Assembly (NCBI GenBank): GCA_963813025.1
Contig: CAWEXO010000014.1
Coordinates: 224,001 to 288,000, forward strand
DNA length: 64,000 bases
DNA from: an uncultured Verrucomicrobiae bacterium
GTDB lineage: Bacteria; Verrucomicrobiota; Verrucomicrobiia; Chthoniobacterales; JAFAMB01
Reading direction: 5' to 3'
Shown here: in pieces, positions 9,725-20,725 of the stretch
How the letters are laid out: each line of letters opens with the position of its first letter
Position numbering within the stretch: position 1 is the first letter of the stretch
Position numbers and translations under genes: made by a program
Notes under the pieces: model-generated
What the model was told of the DNA's origin: nothing
Seen by the model: the letters and a program-made list of their open reading frames with translations, nothing else
The model's database searches: none

Positions 9725-10834
9725 ATGTCCGCTACGAGTGAGTACACCGAAAGCTTGAATCAAAAGATTCTGGCGGTTTCCGAAGATACTATCCAGGGCT
9801 TCAGCACGGAACCATTTCTGGAAATTGCGCGAGCGGCGGGCCTCGAGGAGGACCTGGTGCTGGAACGAATCCGGCTTATGCTCAGGGCCGGCACGATCCG
9901 CCGCGTTCGGCAAACCTTGCTGTCCACTAACCTGGCCCAGGGTGCGTTGGTCGCCTGGCAAGTTCCGCAAAGCCGTTTGGATTCGGCGTTCGATTTCATG
10001 TTTAAAGAGGACCCGTTTTCAGGTCATGTCGTGACCCGATCGACCGATTTCCGCAGTCGCGGGAGTGAGTTCAAACTCTGGACAACGGTAAAAGTTCCGC
10101 AAGGATATAGTCTGGACGGGCATATTGCTCTCCTGGCCGGTCGTGTTGGGGCTTTGGCCGTGCGCACCATGCCGGCCAAGGGAATTTTTACCCTCGGGGT
10201 GGGTCACGTTCGGCGACAGACCATCTCCCCGGGCGCCAGAGCAACGGAACCGGCGCGCATGCTGCCAACCAGGATTGTTCAGTTGAGCCCGCTCGAGTGG
10301 AGGGTTTTAACGGCGCTGAAACGTGAGTTCACCGAGGACGAGATCACGTCGCATCCTTGGCTGAGACGCGCCCGTGAGATTGATTTGCCGGCCGAAACTT
10401 TCCTTGAAATCGCCGAATCGCTGAGCCAACGAAAAATCCTGGGACGCTTTTCGACTTTTCTTGAGCATGTTAAAGCGTCGCCGACCGGCGTCCGGGTCAC
10501 CCGATTCAATGCGTTGTTTCACTGGGCGGTGCCTGTCGGTATGGAAGGGAAAGCGGGCGCCGAAATCGGCCGGCACGAGATTCTGACCCATTGCTATTGG
10601 CGGGAGGCCGGCCCGGAGTTCGGCAATGTCAATATCATGGCGGTGGCTCACGGGACCGAAAAACAACGGTTGCTCGATCACAAGGCGGCGATGGATGGAC
10701 ACCTGGCTGCTTGCGGAATTCCCGTTTCCTACACCAACGTTTTCTGGGGCGGTCGCTCTGAGATCAAGCCTTCCGAGATCTCACCCATCATTTATGAACG
10801 TTGGTTGAAGTCGATGGAAACCGAAAAGGTCTAA
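9725..10834 (+). CDS. Fused Lrp/AsnC-like protein resembling siroheme decarboxylase AhbA-AhbB / NirDL
   Basis: Two wHTH+RAM repeats; G.IRR, AL.AW.VP, SGHVVTR and THCYWR motifs. Confidence 0.65.
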   Translation: MSATSEYTESLNQKILAVSEDTIQGFSTEPFLEIARAAGLEEDLVLERIRLMLRAGTIRRVRQTLLSTNLAQGALVAWQVPQSRLDSAFDFMFKEDPFSGHVVTRSTDFRSRGSEFKLWTTVKVPQGYSLDGHIALLAGRVGALAVRTMPAKGIFTLGVGHVRRQTISPGARATEPARMLPTRIVQLSPLEWRVLTALKREFTEDEITSHPWLRRAREIDLPAETFLEIAESLSQRKILGRFSTFLEHVKASPTGVRVTRFNALFHWAVPVGMEGKAGAEIGRHEILTHCYWREAGPEFGNVNIMAVAHGTEKQRLLDHKAAMDGHLAACGIPVSYTNVFWGGRSEIKPSEISPIIYERWLKSMETEKV

Positions 10835-10882
10835 ATGGTCGCGAGTCTCAAGACTCGGACCATTTAGACCTTTTCGGTTTCC
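10816..10882. terminator. Very long near-perfect hairpin between convergent genes (bidirectional terminator candidate)
   Basis: 25-bp perfect arms ggaaaccgaaaaggtctaaatggtc / gaccatttagaccttttcggtttcc plus a 7-bp inner stem. Confidence 0.7.
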
Positions 10883-11245
<363 letters not shown>

Positions 11246-11303
11246 TTACATGGCGTGTTCATTGGCAATATTTCACTTAGGTTCACAGTTCCGGTGAGAA
11301 GCA

Positions 11304-12774
11304 TCAGCTGATGTAGGCTTCTTCGCCGTGTTCGGAAAGGTCCAGGCCGGTGGTTTCGACTTCCGCGCTTGCACGCAAGCCCATGGTGAGTTTGAGCACC
11401 ATGGCGATGGCCGCACTCGCGACGACCGCCAAAATCAGGGTAACAACTACCGCGGCGCACTGCGACAAAAACAATGAGCGGAGCAGGTCGTCTTTGAGAT
11501 TGGGGTTTGACTTCCTTGGTCGCCAGCAGGCCGGTCAGCAGAGCCCCGGTCGTGCCGCCGACCGCGTGAACGCCGAAAGTATCAAGCGCGTCATCGTAGC
11601 CCAGAGCCGGCTTCAGTACGGAAATCGCAAAATAGGGCAAGACGGCGGCCGCAACTCCGATAAAGACCGCCCCGCTCGGGCTGACAAAACCGCACGCCGG
11701 AGTGATCACGACGAGTCCGGCCACCGCGCCAGTACAGAAACCGAGCACACTGGCGTTCCCGCGGAGGATTTTTTCCAGCAGACCCCAGGTAAACGCGGCT
11801 ACCGCCGTGGCCAGCGTGGTCGCTGGTGAAGGCGCTCGCCGCAATCACGTCTGCTCCCACTGCGCTGCCGGCATTAAATCCGTACCAGCCAACCCACAGC
11901 ATCCCCGTGCCGATCATGCACAGAACCAGGCTGTGCGGAGGCATGGGCTCTCTTTTGAAGCCGATGCGCGGACCGAGAATCAGACAGAGCACGAGCGCGC
12001 TCCAGCCCGAGGTCATGTGAACCACGGTGCCTCCCGCGAAGTCGATCGCCTTGATCGTCGAGTTGGAGTTCCAGATTCCGTTCATGAAACCGGTGATCCC
12101 CCAGACCATGTGCGCCATCGGGAAAGTAAACGAGAAACATCCAGCAGGTGATGAAGCAGATCACGGCCGTGAATTTCATGCGCTCAGCGATCGCGCCCAC
12201 GATCAGCGCCGGCGTGATGATCGCGAACATAAGCTGGAACATCGCGTAAACATTTTGCGATACCCAGAAAGCATAATCGGTATTGGGAGCGGAGGTGACT
12301 CCGTGGAAAAAGAAAAACTCCGAGCCGCCAAAAAAAGGGTTATTGAAGTCCTTTGCCGAAGACCAGGCTGTACCGAAGGCCCACCAGAGAATCGAAACCA
12401 AGCCGGCGATGCCCAGGCACTGGGCGAGTACTGAAAGCACGTTCTTCCGCCGGACAAGTCCGCCATAGAACAAAGCGCGAGACCAGGCAGCGTCATGAAG
12501 AGGACCAGTGCCGAGGAGGTCATCATCCAGGCGTTGTGACCTGGTCCAGGCGACTCCAGGCAATGTCTTGGTGCCGTCGGTGTTATTGATATAAGCTTCC
12601 AGGCTCGCAACACGATCTTCCAACGAAGCCGCGGGTTGATTAGGTTTCTCGACTGACGGCCGGCGGTGAGGCGGTTGCCGATTGCGCCAGCGCGAAGCAG
12701 GGCATGGCGATAGAAAAAATCGCCGTGAGACCAGTGAAGACGATTGTCCGGATTGAGGTGGGCTTCAGGAACAT
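11304..12774 (-). pseudogene. amtB: Ammonium transporter broken by about 8 frameshifts (possibly sequencing artefact)
   Basis: Consecutive frames give NAWMMTSSALVLFM, FYGGLVRRKN, DFAGGTVVH, GWYGFNAGS, DDALDTFGVH and GLDLSEHGEEAY. Confidence 0.9.
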
Positions 12775-12877
12775 GGGAGAGGAGGGTGAATGTTTTCTGA
12801 ATCAGGCGTCAAGCTAATGGTTACCGCGTTTGCTTGCCGTTGGGCGAGCCCGGGTCGCAGTCAGACAGCGCCGGTGC

Positions 12878-12893
12878 AGCACCTTGCATACCA
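12878..12893 (-). promoter_or_regulatory. Sigma54 (-24/-12) promoter candidate for amtB-glnK
   Basis: TGGTATGCAAGGTGCT has GG-N10-GC spacing, about 100 bp upstream of the amtB ATG. Confidence 0.6.
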
Positions 12894-13118
12894 TTCCCAC
12901 CGTGTTCCTGGGAAGGGCACGGGGCAAAACCACTGCCCTGTTATTTTCCCACTTCGCCTCCGGCCACACCCCGATTGAATCGCGGTCGAGACTGCCAAGC
13001 AAGTTTCTTGTGGAATCCGGGTCACGGCGTGACTCGCAGGTACAAAAAACGACACTGTGATCAGAAGTAGCCAATCTCGAGGGTGGGAGGATCGGCGTCC
13101 CTGCCTTTTTCCAGGGTG

Positions 13119-13192
13119 GAGTGGCACTGCCAGTGGCACTGTCGGTTGCCAGTGCCAGTCGCAGTGGCAGTGGCAGTGTCAGTGTCAGTGCG
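13119..13192. repeat. Degenerate hexamer tandem/inverted repeat (CAGTGN)n
   Basis: gtggcactgccagtggcactg...cagtgccagtcgcagtggcagtggcagtgtcagtgtcagtg; a shorter similar tract lies at about 26860-26882. Confidence 0.65.
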
Positions 13193-13333
13193 ACCCAGTT
13201 GGAGGAGACGCGACAAGCGGGAAAGCTTGTGCTACGGCTCGGGTCCGCCGTCCTGGGGTTGACGCTCGGAGCGATTCACATTACAGGAATGGGCCAATCG
13301 CGCGGCCACGGAAATCTTGTTTCCGGCCGATCT

Positions 13334-13405
13334 GCACGGTTAGCTTAGCGGTAGAGCGACTGGTTTACACCCAGTAGGTCGGGGGTTCGATTCCCTCACC
13401 GTGCA
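13334..13405 (+). tRNA. tRNA-Val(TAC), CCA not encoded
   Basis: Cloverleaf: acceptor GCACGGT/ACCGTGC, anticodon arm ACTGG-TTTACAC-CCAGT, T-loop TTCGATT. Confidence 0.96.
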
Positions 13406-13526
13406 CCCTTGTTGTCGCTGGGGATATCAGGATCTAAGTCGCTGATTATCAAATGGATAACGTGCGATTGCCTGCCGCCCGACGTACCAAAAGATCACGG
13501 TTTTATGCGTTCTTTGGTTGTCGAAA

Positions 13527-13950
13527 TTAGGGCTTATAGGTGTCCTTATCGTTAGTGATGACCTGGAAGAGCAGCTCTGCACCTCGCGTATCCAGGGGTA
13601 AATATCCAAGCTCATCAATGAGCAAAATTCGTGGGCTCAGGTAACGCTTGATCTCCCTGGCGAGTTGACGATTGGATTCGGCGGCGCTGAGACGGTTGAC
13701 CACGTCGATAGCGGCAGCAAAGAGCACACTGTGACCGCGCAGACAGGCGGCATGGCCCAGGGCGGTGGCCAAGTGGCTTTTACCGATACCAGTGGGGCCT
13801 ATAAAAATGAGGTTAGAGTGAGTGGCGAGGAAGTCGAGTTCGAGAAGATGTTCGACCTGCATGCGGTTGATCTTGGCTGGCCAGTTCCAGTCCCACCCGG
13901 CCATAGTTTTGATGACAGGGAAGCGAGCGTCACGGATCCGACGTTTCGAG
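13527..13950 (-). pseudogene. istB: IS21-family helper ATPase fragment
   Basis: GPTGIGKSHLA Walker A and LLIDELGYLP; truncated at both ends; no istA. Confidence 0.88.
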
Positions 13951-14283
13951 CATCTCCGGAGACAAGTGTGTTCGCTGCTACCCTCACCACTGAAGCGTAA
14001 AAACTCAAAAATTCACATTTGTGCAGCTTTCCTGTCATTCGTGTCCTAAATCTGCACCGGCGTTTCCTACGGCTTCCAGGGACACTTACGTAAAAAGTCG
14101 TTTTGGTACAGCTGTTATACTTTCCCAACACATTACGAAATGACAAATCGTGGAAAATTACAAAGCGTTTCGGAAGCTGCTCGATAAGCGGTGAAATCGA
14201 AACGGCTCGTGAATTCGTCCGCGTTCTGGAAAAGTGCTTTATGATTCGTCCGCTGGAGAGGTCGCTAAACAAGGAGAAAGAAT

Positions 14284-15255
14284 ATGTCAAGTGTTACTGG
14301 AACGAATGGCGCAGGAAGCGGATTGCCTGCGCCTCAGGGGTTTGGTGTCTTTGGGAATTCTGACATAGGCCCGGGTGTGGTTGGATTTTCGAATAAAGGA
14401 ACTGCGCTTGTAGCCAGATCGCTGAATGGGACTGCAGGTGAGTTCACGTCGAACGGGGCGGAGGTGGGGCAGGCGGTTTATGCAAGATGCGATTTAGGTA
14501 CTGCTGCTGTTCTGGGTGAAACGCTCGGGGCGTTCGCAGGCGTTTATGGGGAACACTACCGCAAAGGAATAGGCGTTTATGGGCGCTCCTACGACGGATA
14601 CGGTGTTCTTGGCATAGTGCAAGGACCCGGGACTGCGATTGCTGGAAGCGTGCTACCTGCCAGCACAGACACACCGAAGGGTTGGGCAGGTCGTTTCGAA
14701 GGCGATGTGCTGATGATCGGCAAAGTGATCGTCTATGGTTCGCTTACTAAACCAGGAGGCTCCTTTCGAATTGATCATCCGCTAGATCCCGGCAACAAAT
14801 ATTTGTCGCACTCCTTCGTCGAATCGCCGGACATGCTGAATATCTACAACGGTCTGATACAGCTTGATGAGCACGGTGCTGCAATAGTCGAGCTGCCGGA
14901 GTGGTTCGATGCGCTAAACCACGAGTTTCGCTACCAGCTGACCGCGATCGGCTCACCTGCACCTAACCTGCATATAGCAAGTGAAATAGAAAGACGCTCA
15001 TTCCGTATTGCCGGTGGGACTCCGAAAGCCAAAGTGAGCTGGCAGGTGACAGGGATTCGTCAAGACAAGTGGGCCAATGCTAATCGCATACAGGTGGAGG
15101 AAGAGAAATCCCGTGAGGATCGCGGCCGTTACCTCCACCCTGAGCTCTTTGGTGAACCCGAGGACAAGAAAGTGATGCCGGTTCCGAGACCGAGCATGCC
15201 ACACCGGCCTGAAGAACGACCGGCGCACCGGCCTCCGCGCCCAGACCTAAGCTGA
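14284..15255 (+). CDS. Hypothetical protein with Gly-rich GVxG repeats and a conserved C-terminal FRIDHPLDP...HSFVESP domain
   Basis: RBS AAGGAG; intact 323 aa ORF. Confidence 0.8.
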   Translation: MSSVTGTNGAGSGLPAPQGFGVFGNSDIGPGVVGFSNKGTALVARSLNGTAGEFTSNGAEVGQAVYARCDLGTAAVLGETLGAFAGVYGEHYRKGIGVYGRSYDGYGVLGIVQGPGTAIAGSVLPASTDTPKGWAGRFEGDVLMIGKVIVYGSLTKPGGSFRIDHPLDPGNKYLSHSFVESPDMLNIYNGLIQLDEHGAAIVELPEWFDALNHEFRYQLTAIGSPAPNLHIASEIERRSFRIAGGTPKAKVSWQVTGIRQDKWANANRIQVEEEKSREDRGRYLHPELFGEPEDKKVMPVPRPSMPHRPEERPAHRPPRPDLS

Positions 15256-15648
15256 GCACTTGATCTGCTAAAGTTCATTTTGATTGTTTGCATACACGAT
15301 CACTCTGGCGATGCACAGATCCGTGCTTCGCGATCGAGCAGCTATATTGACTATTAGGTGTTTTGTTAATCGGTCAGCTTTCCCGACCAAATGCTCGGAG
15401 CTTAGGGATCGTGCCAGCAAGTACTCTTTGACTCATGCTACCTCTGGCGCCACCAAGCATCCCGAAAATTCTGGAAAGAATTTCAACATGGGATACCAAA
15501 CGCGGTAATAATAATCAGGCGCGAGACCGTTAAAGGCCTGAAAATTCAGAACGCTAATTTACCGCTCCACAAATCGAGCATCGGCCTGTTTTATCGATGA
15601 GTGAAGCTTCGATTGAAGAACTGCAGGAGCTCGCATCTCTGGTCCGAA

Positions 15649-16005
15649 ATGGCCGCGGTTGCCCTTGCCGCGCTCTTCGGCGAGGATGCGGTTTTCGTAA
15701 CGCAGGAGGGACCGGTCACCGGTCGGCAAGCCATTGAGAAATGGTATGCTGACCACTTGCAGAAAGTGCATTTCAGCAACAACCTCGTCACGGTCGATGA
15801 GGATTCCCCCCACATTATAGGTGCGGCTGGCAATGAAATATGGGCAACCGGAGGATGGAGTGCGACAATTAAGGGCGAAAACTTCGGTCCTACACAAATC
15901 AAGGATACTGGTCAGTGATTCGTGAGGGCGATGATTGGAAGATCCGGATGCTGACCACGAATCTAACTCCGGCACCGTCTCCAACGGCCAGCCCGAGCAA
16001 CCAAT
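15649..16005 (+). pseudogene. NTF2/SnoaL-like (DUF4440-type) protein remnant
   Basis: AALFGEDAVFVT..GRQAIEKWY, frameshift near 15903, then VIREGDDWKIRML; N-terminus missing. Confidence 0.7.
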
Positions 16006-16181
16006 TGTATCCTGATCCGCGCGGTGGCAGATTAGAAGCCTATCTAACAGAATCGGGAGGGAACAATGAAGACGCGCTTACTACTTGTCCTTGTATCGGC
16101 CGCCTTAAATTCATCCTATCAACCCTGATTATCCCTGATTACCAACTCGAAATAGCGAATTGGCCGAAATGATGCTCTGAG

Positions 16182-16979
16182 TCACTTCCTAGGCTTCATC
16201 AGTTGCTCATAGACCATTTCGAACGCTTCGGGGCCGACACTGATCTCTCCCCGGAATGGGTGGTCCATGGCGGCCAACAGGAAAATCAGCAGACCCAGGA
16301 GGCCAGAGAGCATTACCGTCATCCAGAAGTGCATGCTCTGGCTCCTCATGTGGAAGAACCAGGTCACAGCAATATTGAAGAAAGCTCCGACCAACAGGAC
16401 AAGCCATAGGGCCGCCGGTAGACCCGCGGACACGCTCTTCAATCGCGTTCGCCGCAATTCCACCATCTGGGTGAACGCCCGGTAGGCTTCCGCATGCAGT
16501 GTTTTCTGGCCCTCGGTCGCCGGTTCAAAACTGCCTAGGTGGGTCTGAAGGGCATTCACCGCGTCGGCGGTGTTCCGCGGGACGATGCCTCGCCGCTGTT
16601 GGGGCCACCCGACGTCGATCAATTGGCGCGTGTATTCGCGCAGATCTGCCTGAAGTTCGGCGCGCTTCGGGTCAGGAAAGCTGCTCGCAGCTCTGTACAG
16701 CGCCGCTATCGCCGAAGCTTCCTGGTCGACTTTAGTGTCCACGTCCGTGTAGGTTTGCCATGTCCCGATCGCGACCAATCCCAGCGTGATCCCGTACAGC
16801 AGACAAATCGCGCCCAGGTAAAAGCCAACAATATCGTTATGCGAATGCTCGTCGCCATGAACCCGCCGCACCCATTTTCGTGTCCCGTAAAAGCCACCTA
16901 AACCGATCGCGACTGCAACCGCCATGGTCAGGGCGGCAAAGAGCCAGTTCGGCAGGTCGTATACCCAGTACAGGTTCAT
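16182..16979 (-). CDS. DUF4239 (bestrophin-like) membrane protein
   Basis: HND.VG, LYGITLGL, EASA and MDHPFRGEISVGPEAF motifs. Confidence 0.8.
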   Translation of the reverse strand: MNLYWVYDLPNWLFAALTMAVAVAIGLGGFYGTRKWVRRVHGDEHSHNDIVGFYLGAICLLYGITLGLVAIGTWQTYTDVDTKVDQEASAIAALYRAASSFPDPKRAELQADLREYTRQLIDVGWPQQRRGIVPRNTADAVNALQTHLGSFEPATEGQKTLHAEAYRAFTQMVELRRTRLKSVSAGLPAALWLVLLVGAFFNIAVTWFFHMRSQSMHFWMTVMLSGLLGLLIFLLAAMDHPFRGEISVGPEAFEMVYEQLMKPRK

Positions 16980-17316
16980 GGTTGCCAGCAAAGAGTTCTC
17001 AACCGTATCTATTCAGCAGGATTTATTCGCAGATGCAGAGGAAAGTGCGTCGGTATTCTCCGAATCACCATCTGGCGAACATCGTCGGTAACGGCGTTGG
17101 GGGAAAAGCAAAACGGATGATTAGCGTGCGTACGAAATAAAGAGGGATACCGGAGATACAGTCTCATGACAAGACGAATCGCCGCGTGACGCTGGCGGAG
17201 TGTCCACGGGTAAGTGATGGTTGGTGACAGGCGTGGAATTCGCTCCCAATGCCTCAGCTTGTACAAGGGTGCCCCCCGGTGAATCTGGATTCGATGCTCC
17301 CATAGTGGACGGCAGC

Positions 17317-17440
17317 GGGGTGGGACTAGTGGGGGTAGTTCCCACTTCTATCCAAAGAAATAGCGCCGGGCTCCCGCGACCTTCTATATACATACATTTC
17401 TATTGTTGAAATAGAAAACAACCCCCACTAGTCCCACCCC
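17317..17440. repeat. Perfect 20-bp inverted repeat around a partly AT-rich spacer
   Basis: ggggtgggactagtgggggt (17317-17336) and acccccactagtcccacccc (17421-17440). Confidence 0.8.
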
Positions 17441-17583
17441 CCCGGGTACCTTTCCGAGAGGCGATAGGCCCCGGGGCAATCCCGAGTCGGGGTTTGTCGA
17501 TCGACGTATTTAATGACCGTTAGCGCGACGGCAACAGGTTGGGGCAACGCCACAACCTTCGGCAATGTCACAAAATAATTGCT

Positions 17584-17883
17584 TCAGTAGTTTTTTTGCT
17601 CGATTAGGATTCGAGCGCCTGTCGGACAAACAGGACCTAGAAAAAGCCGACCAAGCAACTCCACAAAAGCGCATGCCACCAGATGACGTGGAAATAACCA
17701 ATCCAGACGACTATTTGAACTAGCCAGTTCAACGCGACCAAAAACGGCACGATATAAAGGGCGGTAAAGGCCCGCCGCCCAAAGAGCGCTTTGACCTAAC
17801 TCTAGGCCAAAGGCGAATTTATGCAGCGCCGCAAAGATGGCGAAGTTCCAAAAGATCAAGGGCCAAAAATACCTTAGATTCAT
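17584..17883 (-). CDS. Small hypothetical membrane protein (possibly frameshifted remnant)
   Basis: Hydrophobic 99 aa ORF starting with ATG. Confidence 0.35.
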   Translation of the reverse strand: MNLRYFWPLIFWNFAIFAALHKFAFGLELGQSALWAAGLYRPLYRAVFGRVELASSNSRLDWLFPRHLVACAFVELLGRLFLGPVCPTGARILIEQKNY

Positions 17884-18295
17884 TTTGCGTTAGTCCCCTG
17901 ATACAGTGTTCCATTAAAGAGTTTCTCGCGGGCGTGCCGCATGTGGTCGGACGTTCCGCCCCAATTGGAGAAACTGTGAGGCAAGCGCGATGAGCAAAGC
18001 TCTAGTGCTGGTGGTGCGGGTGTCACTTTCGTAGCAACTTGCAAAAGGCTAATCACCTTGATAAGTACGGTCGCTTTGCTTGCTTCCGCTACGATCTCTT
18101 AACGCGTTAATTTCTCGGTCCACGACGAGAGCGAAAAATAAGGGATGAAATCCGCAAATACTTGGCTACGACAAATCGCTTGGTTAATTCGCTCTGGCAT
18201 TTGGCCGGTCTGATTGAGGACATAGGGAGCATTTATTCTGCTTCTCACAACACCGACAACCTCGCCGCGATCGTTAAGAACCGGTCCCGCCGCCC

Positions 18296-19261
18296 GCGGG
18301 CGATGACGTCGCGTTGGATCTTGGAAAACCAGATCTCGACTGGGTTAAGCCAGGAAGAATAGGTCGGCGTAAAATGGAGCCGCACGTTGCGATGACGATC
18401 GACTAAACTGCCAGACCCTGAAGGTGCGATGGGCCGAGAGATTATCTGCGATAATGTGGATCTGCTGGCCCTCGGGAAGGCTGGCCACGATCTGGTCGAG
18501 AAAAGCCACAAACTCCGCACTGGTGTGACGAGGCGCAGTTTGGCCCAGCACCTGGCCGGTTTTGGTGTTAAGCGCGGCGTAGAGCGAAAGTGTGCCGTGA
18601 TGGTAGTACTCAGAACCGTGTCGCTCGGCTCTTCCGGGCGAGAGCGGCAACACTGGATCGAGCCGGTCTAGCGCCTGGACGGCGCTCTTTCATCGACGCA
18701 AAAAGACTGCAGCATTGACTGGAGGCTTCAGATACAAGCCAATGATGTCAGCAGCCTTGGTTTCAAAATCTGGGTCGTCGCTGGCCATGTAGCGGCGAAG
18801 GCGATGAGGCTGGAGTCCGGCTTTGCCACAACGCGGGCGACTCGAGTATGGTTGGTGCCAAGTTCGGCCGCCAACTTCCGAGTACTCCAGTGCGTCAAGC
18901 CATCCTTGGGCTTCTGTCGGGCCGCGGCCGAAATCTGAGCTTCGAGCTTGGCAGTCTGTTGGCTGGTAATCTTGCCACGATGACGACTGAAAAAGCCTGC
19001 CAAACGCTCCTCCCTAAAGCGTTTCAGCCAAAGCCGCACGGTGTTGATGCTGCATCCCAGTTGCCGACTTACCGCCCATTGCGACCGACCGCCAGCAATC
19101 AAGAGGATAATCTTGGCTCGCTGCACCTCCTCTGCTAGCGCGCTACGGGATCGGACCCGCTCCCTAAGTTGCCGACGTTCTGGCGGAGAAAGAACCAACC
19201 GTTTTAAAACTCTTTTTTGCTACCAGATTTCAATATCAGAAGTCAAAGCTACAGCGCACTG
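18296..19261 (-). mobile_element. IS630-family remnant (frameshifted, 3' truncated)
   Basis: HTH part with THWSTRKLA, then HGTLSLYAAL, DNLSAH and HFTPTYSSWLNPVEIWF in separate frames. Confidence 0.9.
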
Positions 19262-19367
19262 GTCTTGGAAAAAAGCTTCGGCCGCCTCTGGTATTCTTGA
19301 TTTCCATGAGTGCCTTTTGCCGAGAGAATCTTCAATAATTCGCGCCAAACCTTTGAGGAGAACTCTC

Positions 19368-19929
19368 ATGAAAACGACGGACCGTTTGTTCAGCGGGGCT
19401 ATGCTGCTAGCCGGGCTGTATCTCTGTACGCATACCGTTCATGCCCAGAACGCGACGTGGGAGCCCAGTCCACTTATTGGAGCCAGCCTCAATGACCCCG
19501 CCAACTGGGTGCCGACGGTGGTACCCACCGGCATTGCGACTTTCGATGTGACGAGCCAGATCGGGCAAACCCCGGCGACAACAGCTTCAATAACTTTCGG
19601 TGAAATTCTGTTCACCTCGACGGCGTCGCACTACAATTTCGCTATCGTTGGTGGAAATACTCTAACAATCAATGGTGCCGGCATTGTCAACGACTCTCCC
19701 ATTAGTCAGAATTTTGTCGTCGTGTCAGCTCCGTCAATGCTGTTATTCGAAAACAACAGCACTGCCGGCAACAATACGACCTTCGGCAATAGGGGCGGGG
19801 CGATACTCTTCAGTGATCACAGCACCGCCGGCAGTGGAAAACTTTGAAAATCAAAGCTCGGGTACCATCACTTTCCAGGGCACAAGCACTGCTGGTAGTG
19901 CTGTTATCAGCGCTATAGCTCGTCGATGA
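19368..19929 (+). pseudogene. N-terminal fragment of an autotransporter/beta-helix passenger protein
   Basis: Signal peptide ending AQ, NWVP, and F..NSTAG repeats; frameshift near 19840 then truncated. Confidence 0.7.
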
Positions 19930-20059
19930 ATCCGAGGGGCTCGGCGTAGCCTCCGATCGTATTTGTACAAGCGGGCAGCCATTGTATCTGTTTCAACCCA
20001 GCGGCAGTTCTTCATCGCGGCCGCGAGCGCCGAATTCGAGCGGCTCGATGGGCTTTAGA

Positions 20060-20250
20060 AAAGCCTCGTCGTCGTTTTCGGGACTATTCACCTGCGAACG
20101 GATTGGCCACATCTTCATGCGCTCTGCCGGAAAGGCTTCAGCAGTTCTTTGAGGTCGCCGTCCTCCACTTCACCCAACCATTTCGCGTGGTGTTCTTCAG
20201 GCAGAATAACTGGCATGCGGGGTGCACGTGAGCAATGAGCTCATTCGGCT
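20060..20250 (-). pseudogene. SOS response-associated peptidase (SRAP/YedK) C-terminal fragment
   Basis: Manual translation across frameshifts: PNELIAHVH..RMPVILPEEHHAKWLG..LKELLKPF..MKMWP...VNSPENDD. Confidence 0.75.
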
Positions 20251-20374
20251 AACGGACGCATCATCGTACAGCTGCGAAGCCATCCTGCTGCCTGGAGCGG
20301 GGAACTCCGGCACGGCGAAGTGCGGTCACTAAGCCTAAGCCGCCAGGCATCTGTTAGTTGCCAGGAGAATCGCC

Positions 20375-20725
20375 TTAAGCTGGCTTCGCGTAATTCGCCA
20401 TCCCCGAGATATCGATTTCCACGACCGGTTCGCCGCCCACGACCCATGCGTCGTGTCCCGGAGGTAGTAGCGACACTTCACCGGGACCAAACTCATCCTC
20501 ACTTCCATCATCCATACGCACCCTGAGACGTCCAGAGACATGGTATTGCAGGTGAGGAGCCTGGCAGCTTTCAGTATTTACGATTGGTTTTACGGAAGTC
20601 GACCATTTCCATCCAGGTTGCAGTGTGGCGCGGCCGAACGTAACTCCGCCTAATGTTACAAGTTCCAATTGGCCCTTGTCGAACGAACGCTGCTCGTCTG
20701 GGGTTGACAAAGTCTTCTTTTCCTC
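20375..20725 (-). CDS. Cupin-domain protein (native start apparently lost)
   Basis: LQPGWKWS..VKP, CQAPH and PPGHDAWVVG motifs. Confidence 0.75.
   Translation of the reverse strand, partial: EEKKTLSTPDEQRSFDKGQLELVTLGGVTFGRATLQPGWKWSTSVKPIVNTESCQAPHLQYHVSGRLRVRMDDGSEDEFGPGEVSLLPPGHDAWVVGGEPVVEIDISGMANYAKPA

Noticed and set aside
9611..9970. N-terminal 120 aa of the 1015-aa ORF
   Set aside because: It overlaps the opposite-strand gene starting at 9725, and the signal peptide begins at 9610
13119..13192. Possible CRISPR array, or Cys-rich peptide CQCQSQWQWQCQCQC
   Set aside because: It is a simple hexamer repeat with no unique spacers and no cas genes; the peptide is just the translation of the repeat
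19041..19367. Long N-terminal extension of the autotransporter-like ORF
   Set aside because: It is read through the antisense IS630 remnant; the real start is the signal-peptide Met at 19368
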